Assembly (NCBI GenBank): GCA_965203355.1
Contig: OZ241889.1
Span: 1,440,001-1,504,000 of the forward strand
DNA length: 64,000 nt
Source: Candidatus Latescibacterota bacterium
Lineage (GTDB): Bacteria > Latescibacterota > UBA2968 > UBA8231
Direction: 5' to 3'
Both the position numbers and the translations under genes were made by a program. The stretch's first letter is position 1. Every line of letters begins with the position of its first letter. Positions 18,866 through 27,945 of this stretch are shown one piece after another. Below the pieces are notes generated by a model that was not told where the DNA came from, did no database searches, and saw nothing but the letters and a program-made list of their open reading frames with translations.

Positions 18866-20209
18866 ATGAAGTTGAGAATAATTGCTCTATTCGCGCTCGC
18901 GGCTTGTGGAACAGAACTTGAGCCTACCTACGTTGCCCGCATCGGCGAAACCATCCTATCAAAGGAAGACTTTAGCGCGCGAGCACAAAAGCTAATGCAA
19001 ACGGGCTACAAGCACCTCGCGGCGATGAATGCGGATGCCAAACTGGAGCTGCTCAACGGCGTGATCGCGGGCGAACTGTTGGTGCGCGAGGGGCTGGGCC
19101 GCGGCCTCGACCGCGAGCCGAGCATTGCCCGCGAAGTTGAGCGCACTGAGCAAAGGGCCGTGATGAACAAACTATACGAGGAAGAGGCCCTGCACGGCGA
19201 TTACACGTCCACCGAAGAAGAGTTGCGGGCTTTCGCCAAAGAGCGCGAGTACGATGTGGAGGTATTGAGCCAGCAGATAGTCTGCGCCAGCGAAGAAGAG
19301 GCGTTGGAAGTACTGACGGCGCTACAAGAGGGTACGCCGTTTGAGTCGCTGGTGCCCATCTATTCAACCGACACCATCCAGCGGCGCTTTGGCCCGGCCG
19401 GCCAGTTGGGGTGGTTCAAGATGGGCCATATGCTGCCCGAGTTGATGGAGCCGCTGCGGACCCTGGACGAGGGCGAACTCTATCCGCATCCGGTGAAGAC
19501 CCAAATAGGCTATCACGTCTTCCGGATCGACAAAAGGCGGCCAGTGGATTTTGCGTCCCAGCGCGCGTGGTTGCAAGAAAAAGCGCGCGTACAAAAGCGG
19601 GCCGACGACATGGAACAATACGTCCACCGCCTGCGCCGTATATACGAGTTAGCGGCCCACGACGAGGGCTTAAACGCCTTGAGCGCGCCCGATGGTGCCG
19701 AGCAAGTGCTCTTTAGCTGGCGCGGCGGCCAACTGACTACGGCCGCGTACTGGGCCAACCTAGCAGCGAACCACAGCCGGCTCGACAGTGCCGCGCGCTA
19801 CAAGGCGGCTGAGAACTTGGCCGGGATGCAGATTATGATGGCGGAAGGCCGCAAGCTGCAATACGACCGCGACCCGGCGGTGCGCGCGCAAGTGGAGCAC
19901 AAGCGCGACGCGCTCATCGTCGAGTGGCTCTATCGCACCGAGGGCCGGGAGGTGGCGCGCCAACAACCCATCACCGAAGAGGACATTCGCGCCTACTACG
20001 ATGCCAACGTCGAGATGTTTACCCGCAGTGACGGGAAAGTTGCGGATCTATCTTTGGTCTATAACAGCATCAAAACCTTGCTGAGGCAGCAGGCGGCGAC
20101 TAGGGCTATGGACGCCTTCATCGCGCGGCTGCGCGAGCAATACAGCGCGGATATTGAGATCAATACGGAAGCACTTGCCGAGGTTAGTTTGCCATTCGAC
20201 AGGCCGTAA
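18866..20209 (+). CDS. PpiC/SurA/PrsA-like peptidyl-prolyl isomerase lipoprotein (module copy 1)
   Basis: Lipobox ALAAC; rotamase-like QIVCASEEEA..GQLGWF..PVKTQIGYHVFRI. Confidence 0.82.
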   Translation: MKLRIIALFALAACGTELEPTYVARIGETILSKEDFSARAQKLMQTGYKHLAAMNADAKLELLNGVIAGELLVREGLGRGLDREPSIAREVERTEQRAVMNKLYEEEALHGDYTSTEEELRAFAKEREYDVEVLSQQIVCASEEEALEVLTALQEGTPFESLVPIYSTDTIQRRFGPAGQLGWFKMGHMLPELMEPLRTLDEGELYPHPVKTQIGYHVFRIDKRRPVDFASQRAWLQEKARVQKRADDMEQYVHRLRRIYELAAHDEGLNALSAPDGAEQVLFSWRGGQLTTAAYWANLAANHSRLDSAARYKAAENLAGMQIMMAEGRKLQYDRDPAVRAQVEHKRDALIVEWLYRTEGREVARQQPITEEDIRAYYDANVEMFTRSDGKVADLSLVYNSIKTLLRQQAATRAMDAFIARLREQYSADIEINTEALAEVSLPFDRP

Positions 20210-20228
20210 AGCCTCTACCCCTGTCGAT

Positions 20229-20303
20229 TCAAAGTTCTTCTCTCTCCTTTTTGCGGAATGGAATGCCTAATTTCCGCAGGCGGCTGCGCAACGTATTGGG
20301 GTG
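20229..20303 (-). pseudogene. Remnant C-terminal Fis-type HTH of a sigma54-dependent (NtrC-family) regulator
   Basis: Translates HPNTLRSRLRKLGIPFRKKEREEL*; no intact upstream reading frame. Confidence 0.6.
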
Positions 20304-20555
20304 GCTGCGTGTGGGCCGTAAATGACTCCGCTGGTATTGGCGCAGGTGATCATCCTATTAGCAACGAGACTGGCCTACCGCGTTTTGAAGTGCATAGTAG
20401 CGGGTATTGGGGTGTGTTGGTTTTCGTCCGTTGAGCACAGCAAGTGTATCGCTAGCGGATAGTGATCGGGAGGAGAGTTCGGCTTCGAGCGACGAAATGG
20501 CCGAGCGCGTGTTAATGCTCGATCTTCATCCCTTGAGCAGTGCGTCGCGAGAGAA

Positions 20556-23189
20556 TCACAGGTCCTTGCCCAGCCCGGCGAAGACGCTGATGAAGGTGAA
20601 TAGCTTGGCCGACGAAGGGGCTGAGTCGAGGTCTTCGCGGGTCCAGCGCAGCCCGACGTTGGTCGTCAGCGCATACCCCTGATAGGCCGATTGGTTGGCG
20701 ATTTGGCCGGCCAACACCAGCGTAGTGCCGTCGGCTAAAAATCCCTCGGGCTGCTCGCCCAAATTGTTGGCAATCTCGTATTCGACACCTGCGGTAAAGC
20801 GCATGTTGCGGTTGATCTCGCGGTCGGCCAGCAGCGAGAAAATCTCCGTTAGATCGGACGTTTGCAACGCGCCCCGGTCCGCCGGTACTCGATTGCTGTA
20901 TAGCTGTTTCCAATTCAGGGTCAAATCCCAAGAGCGCAGGTGGAGCGGGTACTGGGCCTTGTTGATCACGCCGAGGAAGCGCAGGTTATTCAGTTCTTCA
21001 CTTGCCGTCCCCAACTGCGCGTATTGTTCGTACTTGACCTTGGTGGTAAACGAGATGTAGCGATCGTAGCGCACGTCTAAATACGTGGTGTTGACGAACG
21101 CATTGCGTGCCACGAGTTGGTCGCGGATAAAGCGCGCTTCACCGAATGTGCCGGGCGTATCAACCCACAAAAAGACGTCCTCGGGAATGTCGTCTGAAAC
21201 CTTGCGCGGATTGACGATCAGCCGCAGCTGTAGATTGTAGCGGGGGAATTTTTCGCTCGCCGTCAAGAGCAGATACGTGGTCGCGTTTTCGCGGGCGGTT
21301 TTCAGCAGGCGCTCATCGAGCCGACCGGCCATGAGGCTTATGTCCGGCGCGATTTCAACGCCGACATAAGCGTTGTATCCTCGGTGTCCGCGCTTGTAGG
21401 GATAGTCCGCTTCGGCGTCGTCTTCAAAGCGGTCGATGATCCCGTTGTTGTTCATGTCCATGCCAAAGAGAAAGTCGGGCGGATCAATCGCAAAGCGCAG
21501 GAAAGGCTCGGCGTAGTCGGGTAGGCGGTTGAAGTTGCGGTTGAAGTCCGAGAGATCGTCGTTGTTTTCGTCGATGCCGGGAAAGACCGCGCTGTCGGTT
21601 AGTAACCCCGCTCCTTGGCGCGTGTTGACGCGCGGGCCGTGATAGCGCCGGGTCCAGTCGGGCAATTCGTCTTGGTCGTCGTTGTCATCGACAAACTCGT
21701 ACGCGCTTTGTTGCTCGTTGCCGTAGTACACTTCGCCCTCTGAGTTCGGGATAAAGGCTTGGGTCGAGTATTCCGCGTCCATGCTAAAGGCTTCGGCGAA
21801 AACCGTCCACGGGTAATGTCGCTTCTGGGCTGTCAGGTAAAAGGCCTCAGCCGTGTTGGTGGCGAGGGCTTGCTCGCGGATGAAGTTTTCGTTGGGGAAG
21901 CGGCGGTACTGGAAGTTCCGCACGTATTCTCCCCGCAGATCGAAACCGGCCACGTCGTTGACCGACAGGTCAAAGCCGAGCAGCCGATTGCCGGTCGGCA
22001 GGCCGTAGCGAAAGGTGTGAAAGGCTTGGTTGGCACCGTCCTTGACGTTGCCCGGTGCGCGCAGCACAGTCAGGAACACCGGTGCGCCGAGTTGGTTGGT
22101 CTGTTTGTTAGAAGAGACCTCCACCTTGTAGTCGTTGGCCAGTACTAGGCCGATCTCCACGTGCTCAATTTCGCGGAAGTCGTCGATTTTGTCGTCGACG
22201 GTGGGCGCGAAGTCCTCGATGTTGAACGTGAGGGTTATTACGTCGGTGCCGCTCGCTTCGATCACACCGCGGCGGCGGAAGCCACCTTCTACCACGGGCG
22301 CGATGTCGTCGGTGTGCTCGACGCCATTGGCGAAGACGCGCCAGCGCGACAGCAGGGCCCCACCGTGGCCGTCTTCGGGCGAGTCGTCGGAAATCCGCAC
22401 GATGATCGAGCGGACAAAGTCGGTGTTCATGGGCCCACTGAGCTGGCCTTTGAGCGAATTGTCGCCAAAGGGAATGTTGGAGTTCATATGGGCGGCGTTG
22501 ACAAATGTTAGGCCGATGTTGGAAAAGTCGCCGATGCTAACTTGGCCTTTGGCAGCCCACATATTAGTGAATGTGCTGAACTTTACGCCGGCCTCGCCCG
22601 CGACGCCCGCGACTACGCCGGTGTTGTTGATGCGCGAAGTGAGCAGGGTCAGGGCGTATTTGTCCGACATCATGTCCCACTGTACGCCGTCGAAGCGCGG
22701 CTTGGAAAAGGTGAGCGGCGTCAGGGTCGTGCGGATGCCGTCGCCCACCATCAGCGCGGAGTGAAACTGGCCGGAGTGGCTGGAGGAGATGAGGACATTG
22801 CTGAACCACGAGCTAAAGCGCGGGCTTTTGAAGATGCTGCTGCCGCTGGCCGTGGGATAGTCCTCAGTCCAGTTGTACACCCGCCAACCTTGGCTGATAT
22901 AAGCGCCGTAGATGTCGTAAAAAGGCGACCCCTCCAAGAATACGTCGTTGTAGCGTTGATAGGGGTTGCGCGCGTAGTTGGAGTACTGGTCTTGCCGCCA
23001 GTCGTAGAGTTCGTACAGGCGCTGCGGCTGGTACCACTTGCGGACCGAAGGGACGAGGGTTGCCGGCGCGACTTCAGTGGCTGAAGTGTAATAGGGATTG
23101 TCAAATCCAGTGGCACGCTGGGCCGCGGATGGCTGTGGCGTTCCGAGGAACAAACCACAATACAGAAGTGCTATCGTTAGACGTCTCAC
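20556..23189 (-). CDS. Large secreted hypothetical protein, putative outer-membrane beta-rich protein with Asp-rich Ca-binding-like loops (module copy 1)
   Basis: GTG start with GGAGG RBS; signal peptide; DDNDDQDELPDW, DENNDDLSD and DMNNNGIIDRFEDD loops; amphipathic strand-like C-terminal third. Confidence 0.8.
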   Translation of the reverse strand: MRRLTIALLYCGLFLGTPQPSAAQRATGFDNPYYTSATEVAPATLVPSVRKWYQPQRLYELYDWRQDQYSNYARNPYQRYNDVFLEGSPFYDIYGAYISQGWRVYNWTEDYPTASGSSIFKSPRFSSWFSNVLISSSHSGQFHSALMVGDGIRTTLTPLTFSKPRFDGVQWDMMSDKYALTLLTSRINNTGVVAGVAGEAGVKFSTFTNMWAAKGQVSIGDFSNIGLTFVNAAHMNSNIPFGDNSLKGQLSGPMNTDFVRSIIVRISDDSPEDGHGGALLSRWRVFANGVEHTDDIAPVVEGGFRRRGVIEASGTDVITLTFNIEDFAPTVDDKIDDFREIEHVEIGLVLANDYKVEVSSNKQTNQLGAPVFLTVLRAPGNVKDGANQAFHTFRYGLPTGNRLLGFDLSVNDVAGFDLRGEYVRNFQYRRFPNENFIREQALATNTAEAFYLTAQKRHYPWTVFAEAFSMDAEYSTQAFIPNSEGEVYYGNEQQSAYEFVDDNDDQDELPDWTRRYHGPRVNTRQGAGLLTDSAVFPGIDENNDDLSDFNRNFNRLPDYAEPFLRFAIDPPDFLFGMDMNNNGIIDRFEDDAEADYPYKRGHRGYNAYVGVEIAPDISLMAGRLDERLLKTARENATTYLLLTASEKFPRYNLQLRLIVNPRKVSDDIPEDVFLWVDTPGTFGEARFIRDQLVARNAFVNTTYLDVRYDRYISFTTKVKYEQYAQLGTASEELNNLRFLGVINKAQYPLHLRSWDLTLNWKQLYSNRVPADRGALQTSDLTEIFSLLADREINRNMRFTAGVEYEIANNLGEQPEGFLADGTTLVLAGQIANQSAYQGYALTTNVGLRWTREDLDSAPSSAKLFTFISVFAGLGKDL

Positions 23190-23225
23190 GTCTTTCCCTC
23201 CCACAGGTTGGTGACGTGTTGGTGG

Positions 23226-23432
23226 TTACGCGGTCTCGTTTGGTCGACGTTCAAATGTGAACTCTAAGATGTTGGCGCTCGTCTTGGCGTGATCGATTTT
23301 CATGGAGACCAACCTGCCTTGCTGGTCGAGGTCGATGTGGATGTTTTCGCACAACTCGCGGGTCTCGGCGACGCATTCAGAAGAGAAGTTGATAAATGCG
23401 GTGTCCGTGTCTTCAAGGTATTTGATCTTCAT
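23226..23432 (-). CDS. DUF2283 family small protein (orphan antitoxin-like)
   Basis: MKIKYLEDTDTAFINF...IHIDLDQQGRLVSMKI matches the DUF2283 pattern. Confidence 0.75.
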   Translation of the reverse strand: MKIKYLEDTDTAFINFSSECVAETRELCENIHIDLDQQGRLVSMKIDHAKTSANILEFTFERRPNETA

Positions 23433-23450
23433 GTTCTTCCAATTCGTTTG

Positions 23451-25901
23451 TCAATATACGACGTGAACGCACTGCTGGACGACTTCGTCCTTGGGATCCG
23501 TTTGCAACTCGATATGCAGTATGTAGAGGCCCGGCGGCACGAGTTCGCCGTTGCGCTGGCCGTCCCAAGCGTACGTGGCCCGCGCACCGCGCGGAGAGGC
23601 GTTTTTCAATTCGGCGATTCGGCGACCGTCGAGGGAAAAGACACTCACCTGGGGCTGCTTGTCCGTCTTGACGACGGTAAAACTCAGCTCGTATAGGTCG
23701 TTGACCGCGTCGCCATTGGGCGTGAACAACTCGGAGTGGCGCAAGTTGCGGATTAGCGATGCGCCCTGCACCACTTCGGGCACAAACACCTGATCGGCGC
23801 CCAATTCCGCTGGCACGACTCCTTGGCCGTTGTCCTCTTGGCCGGAGTTAAAGACCAAGGTTTCAAAAACTGTCGGGCTGGCAAAAACCCGCGTTGCAAA
23901 CGCTATGTTGACGGAGTCGCGCTTTACCACTGGCGGCGGCAACTGCACCCACAACGAGTCGCCGCGCAACGCACTGCTCGCCTCCACCGGCTGGCCTCCC
24001 ACCCACGCCGCGCGCAATGCGGCATCCGCACTGCCGGCCGGCAAGGCGATCGACACTTGGTCGAACCCGGGGTCGCGGCTGTTGAACGCCTGCGGCTTAA
24101 TGGTGTAGCGAAACTCGGTCAGCGAATCAAGGGCCGCTTCACGCGGCCACACCGAGCCGCTCAGTCCAGCAAAAATGACCGGATCGTTGGCTGCAACCCG
24201 CAGCGAGCGCAGCACGGGCGACACGTCTAGGGCATCGCTATACAGACGAATGCGCGTGCGCAAGTAGCGTCGCGGCGAAGGCGACTGAAAGCTCTGCCCG
24301 GAAAAGCGGTGCGGCTGGCTCCACGCGCTCCAAGTTGCGTCGCGCACTCTTTCTTGCACAATGTCGCCGCGATAGCGCTTGCGCGACGCTTCATAGGCTT
24401 CCTTGGTGACTTCATTGCCATTGGCGAGAAAGTAGCGCGTAACTTCGGTAAAGCCGTTGCCCGTCTGAGTTTGCACTTCTAGTCGCGTCCCCGGCGGCAG
24501 GTCGGCATCCCACTCAATGCGCCGAATGCTGCGCGCGGCCCCCAAGTCGAGGTCGTTGGACTCCAGCTCGACGCGCTTGGGATAGCCCTCGCGGTGAAAG
24601 GCAAAAAGCTGCAAGGCATTGGCGTCGCGCCCGTAGAAGCCGATCACGCGCCAGAGGATGAGGCGCGTGTCGCGGGTGGGAAATTGGAAATCGTTGAAGG
24701 GATAGGTGGTTCGCACTTCGGACAGCAACTCGTATTCAAAGGGTCCTTCGGCCTGCGGGTCGGCCGTGTTGCTCGGACTGCCATCGGAGGTGAGGATGTC
24801 GAACATGGGCCAACTGCCCACCGCGCCCTGCTGGTAGCCGTAGAGCCACGGGCTGCGGCCGCCGATGAGCGGCACGAAGATGATCCGGTCGATGCGGAAC
24901 ACATTGCCAAAGTCGATCACCGACCAGACGCCATCGTCGCGCCAATCGCGATCGCCAGAAGAGGCTTGGATGCTCCACAGCCGGCGGCCCAAGTCCGCAT
25001 CCACGAGGAATTCCGCGCCGCTGGCCTTACCGCAGCCATCGCACTCGCGGGCCCTTGAGGTCCACGTCCTGCCACCCCAGATAGGCTCGCCTTTTTCCGC
25101 CCGCTCTTCGGTGAATACCCGAGTCGAGAGGTTAAAGCCAATGCCATCTACCTCGATTTCGGCGAGGGCGGCCCCAGCGGTTTGACCGGCCGCTTCAAAG
25201 CGCACAAAGCGGAGGATAGAAAAATCCAAGCTATCGCTTTTTACCAAGAACTCCCCGCTGGGCGTTCCGCTGGGCGGCGGCTTATTGGCGGTTTTGAGCG
25301 CGAACTCCACCACCTGCTTGGTGTTGTTGTTGACCGGGCGACCGACGCGCTCAAACGCAATGTGCTTGCCCGTTGTGCCTACGACCTGAATGCCCGGGCT
25401 GATGTGTAGTGAAAAGAACTCAAAGGGACGGGCGTCCTCGGTTTGGGGAAAAATCACGCGAATTTTGCGGGCGATGACCGCGCGTTGCAAATCGACTTCG
25501 ATCCACCACTGCTGGAGCGGATCGGCGGAATCGGGCTGCCAATAGGTGTTGTGATCTTGGTCCGCCACTAGGCTGGCTTGGCTCTGATTAGAAGGGGTAC
25601 GCAATGGTAAGCGGCCGTAGTTGCCAATGGTAACGGAGGAAAATTCGCTGGCATTGGCGACCGCGTTAAACGTCGTGCCAAAGCGCTTAACGGTGATTCC
25701 GGTGGAGCCGATTTGGACCAGCCCGGTCGGATGATTCCACGCGGCAAAGTCGGTCCCCTCAAAGACAATGTCTTGGGCGTCTAGGGCGGAGTAAAAGGCG
25801 AGCAAGAGCAGTAAGGGCAGGTTTTTAGCCGTGATTTTGCTCGATTGCTGCCGCGCAGAAGCGATTGCGAGGCTGATGTGAATGAGACCGCGTCTAAGCA
25901 T
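23451..25901 (-). CDS. Secreted protein with discoidin-like domains and C-terminal FlgD-Ig/CHU_C-like domain
   Basis: WIEVDLQRAVIARKIRV; C-terminal FTPNGDAVND...WDG...VPPGLY...VVY; exact start uncertain. Confidence 0.8.
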   Translation of the reverse strand: MLRRGLIHISLAIASARQQSSKITAKNLPLLLLLAFYSALDAQDIVFEGTDFAAWNHPTGLVQIGSTGITVKRFGTTFNAVANASEFSSVTIGNYGRLPLRTPSNQSQASLVADQDHNTYWQPDSADPLQQWWIEVDLQRAVIARKIRVIFPQTEDARPFEFFSLHISPGIQVVGTTGKHIAFERVGRPVNNNTKQVVEFALKTANKPPPSGTPSGEFLVKSDSLDFSILRFVRFEAAGQTAGAALAEIEVDGIGFNLSTRVFTEERAEKGEPIWGGRTWTSRARECDGCGKASGAEFLVDADLGRRLWSIQASSGDRDWRDDGVWSVIDFGNVFRIDRIIFVPLIGGRSPWLYGYQQGAVGSWPMFDILTSDGSPSNTADPQAEGPFEYELLSEVRTTYPFNDFQFPTRDTRLILWRVIGFYGRDANALQLFAFHREGYPKRVELESNDLDLGAARSIRRIEWDADLPPGTRLEVQTQTGNGFTEVTRYFLANGNEVTKEAYEASRKRYRGDIVQERVRDATWSAWSQPHRFSGQSFQSPSPRRYLRTRIRLYSDALDVSPVLRSLRVAANDPVIFAGLSGSVWPREAALDSLTEFRYTIKPQAFNSRDPGFDQVSIALPAGSADAALRAAWVGGQPVEASSALRGDSLWVQLPPPVVKRDSVNIAFATRVFASPTVFETLVFNSGQEDNGQGVVPAELGADQVFVPEVVQGASLIRNLRHSELFTPNGDAVNDLYELSFTVVKTDKQPQVSVFSLDGRRIAELKNASPRGARATYAWDGQRNGELVPPGLYILHIELQTDPKDEVVQQCVHVVY

Positions 25902-25926
25902 CGGTTGTTCTCCGCAAGGGGCGCAT

Positions 25927-27945
25927 TCAATAGGCGACGGTGATCGCGTGTGCGCGGGTGCGCGTGCCCAAGTCGATCTCGACCGCTAGCTGCACCAAGT
26001 AGAGGCCGGGCGGTACCAACTGCCCACCCGCGTCCCGGCCGTCCCAAGCCTGCGCGTGGGAGCCGGCTTGGGACGGGGTGCTGAGTAGGGTGGCGACGCG
26101 GCGGCCGGCGAGATCGCGCACGGCCAGGGTGGTCGGTGCGCCGTTGACGCCAAACAGATCAAAGGCTGCGACGACGATGTCGTTGGCTCCGTCGCCGTTA
26201 GGCGTTAAGACGGGCGAAGACAACCGCAGCGCACCCAAGACGCTCAGCGCTTCCTCGGTGGCCACCACTTGGATGCTGTTGCTGGCGACATCTGCGCGCG
26301 CATCGCCCGATTCAATCGACTGGGGCAGGAGGACGGCCTGTGGATCGCGGTTGATCAACTGCCCCTCTAAAAAGAGCGACGCTTGGTAGATCGCGCTGCG
26401 GTAGCGCACTCGAAACGACGCGTCCTCGGCGAAGGTGCGCGGAAACGCGAAGCTGAATTTGTTGGGCGTGGCGACAAAGGAAAAATCCACGCCTTCTTGC
26501 GCGGGCACTTGGTCGATTTCCAAGTCGAGAAAGCGCGCGCCCGGCGGCACGGTTAATTCGATCGCGTCAAACCCCACGCGGTCGCTGGTGGCAAAAACGG
26601 TGCGAATATCATAGACAAAGGTAGTATCCACGCCCAGCGGTACCTTGGGGGCGGCGTGCGGCCCGGCGAGCGAGATCTCGGCCAGTACGCTGTCGGCCAA
26701 CAGAGGGGAGACCTCAAAGGCCACGCTGTCTAGCACGCCAAAGGCAAAGGGATGCTCGGTCGCGATTTCAAAGCGAAACTGGAAGAACGCCCCGCCATCG
26801 GCCGAGCGCACCTCGTCGCCCGATTCCACGTAGGCAATGGACCAAGGCGTCCAATGCTCGGTGTCTTCTCCTCGGCGCGCTTGGAACCCCGGGGCGTGCT
26901 CGTTGCTGGCGTGTACCACGCGCGGCGCGTCTTGGTAGGTTGGGCGATCCACTTTGAGAAGGCGGCTGAGTTCGTCGTAAATAAAGTGGTCTGTTGGATC
27001 GCTGTCCGTACCGGAGCGCGTCTGGATGACGAGTTGCACTGGGGCGGTCGGGTCTTCGACGATGCGGCCGGAACGGGTCTGCCGGTAGCGAGTGAAGTGC
27101 CAAGTAATCCGGCCGAGGCTCACTGGTTCGCCAAAGGACTTGACTTGCGACAAGTAGCGTGCCACTTGGGGATAGCCGCGGCCAAAGGCCTGTAGCTCGG
27201 CGAGGATGCCCAGCGATGTGACGCCGCCGAACTTGAAGCGCAAAAAGCGCGTGAAGCGCAGGGGCGGTCGCAGCGACACAATGCTTTGGTTGTTGGAAAA
27301 GGTGCTGCCGACGAGCTCGTCGAGCGGGTGGTAGCCGGGCGACCCGAGCGCGATGGCCTCATCCGCGAAAATGAGCCAGTCGGCGGGCGTGTTGGTGCGC
27401 GTCACTTCGTAGCCCACGGGGAAGACGTTGCGCTGGCGTCTGTTGTCATCGGTGAAGCCGCTTTGGGGCGGAAAGAAGACGAGGCTATCGAGGGCGATGG
27501 GCACGCCTAAGTCGAGCGTGAAGAAGATCTCGGCATTGGGCCGTCCGTCGATGTTCGGTGGATGGACGAAAGAAGCGGTCAACTCGTCGCCATCTATGAG
27601 GCCGCGCATCACCGATCCATTGCCGCCCCACATGCGTGGATGCCAGCCTACATATTGGTTTTCGGTCGCTAGCCGAGCGGGGTCTTTGGTAAAGGCCCAC
27701 GGATAGTCAAAGATGTTGACCTGAGCGGCCACACCCGTTGCGCGCACCAAGCCGCGCAGCACGTTGCGCCCCGGCGGCACGGCCCGAGGCTGGACGGCTC
27801 CGAGGCGCACGGAATCGTCGAGGGCGATCCAGCGCTCGGCTCCTGCGGCCCAAGGTTCGCCACTTGAGCCGACAACCCATGCCGACGCTTGTCCCCAAGC
27901 CGCCCCAGCCCACAATAGCAGCGACATCAGCGAGAAAGCGGTCAA
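25927..27945 (-). CDS. Secreted protein with C-terminal FlgD-Ig/CHU_C-like domain (paralog 2)
   Basis: TTG start overlapping the upstream stop, with AGGAG RBS; FTLDLGVPIALD; LTPNGDGAND...WDGRD...VPPGLY...VAY. Confidence 0.8.
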   Translation of the reverse strand: MTAFSLMSLLLWAGAAWGQASAWVVGSSGEPWAAGAERWIALDDSVRLGAVQPRAVPPGRNVLRGLVRATGVAAQVNIFDYPWAFTKDPARLATENQYVGWHPRMWGGNGSVMRGLIDGDELTASFVHPPNIDGRPNAEIFFTLDLGVPIALDSLVFFPPQSGFTDDNRRQRNVFPVGYEVTRTNTPADWLIFADEAIALGSPGYHPLDELVGSTFSNNQSIVSLRPPLRFTRFLRFKFGGVTSLGILAELQAFGRGYPQVARYLSQVKSFGEPVSLGRITWHFTRYRQTRSGRIVEDPTAPVQLVIQTRSGTDSDPTDHFIYDELSRLLKVDRPTYQDAPRVVHASNEHAPGFQARRGEDTEHWTPWSIAYVESGDEVRSADGGAFFQFRFEIATEHPFAFGVLDSVAFEVSPLLADSVLAEISLAGPHAAPKVPLGVDTTFVYDIRTVFATSDRVGFDAIELTVPPGARFLDLEIDQVPAQEGVDFSFVATPNKFSFAFPRTFAEDASFRVRYRSAIYQASLFLEGQLINRDPQAVLLPQSIESGDARADVASNSIQVVATEEALSVLGALRLSSPVLTPNGDGANDIVVAAFDLFGVNGAPTTLAVRDLAGRRVATLLSTPSQAGSHAQAWDGRDAGGQLVPPGLYLVQLAVEIDLGTRTRAHAITVAY

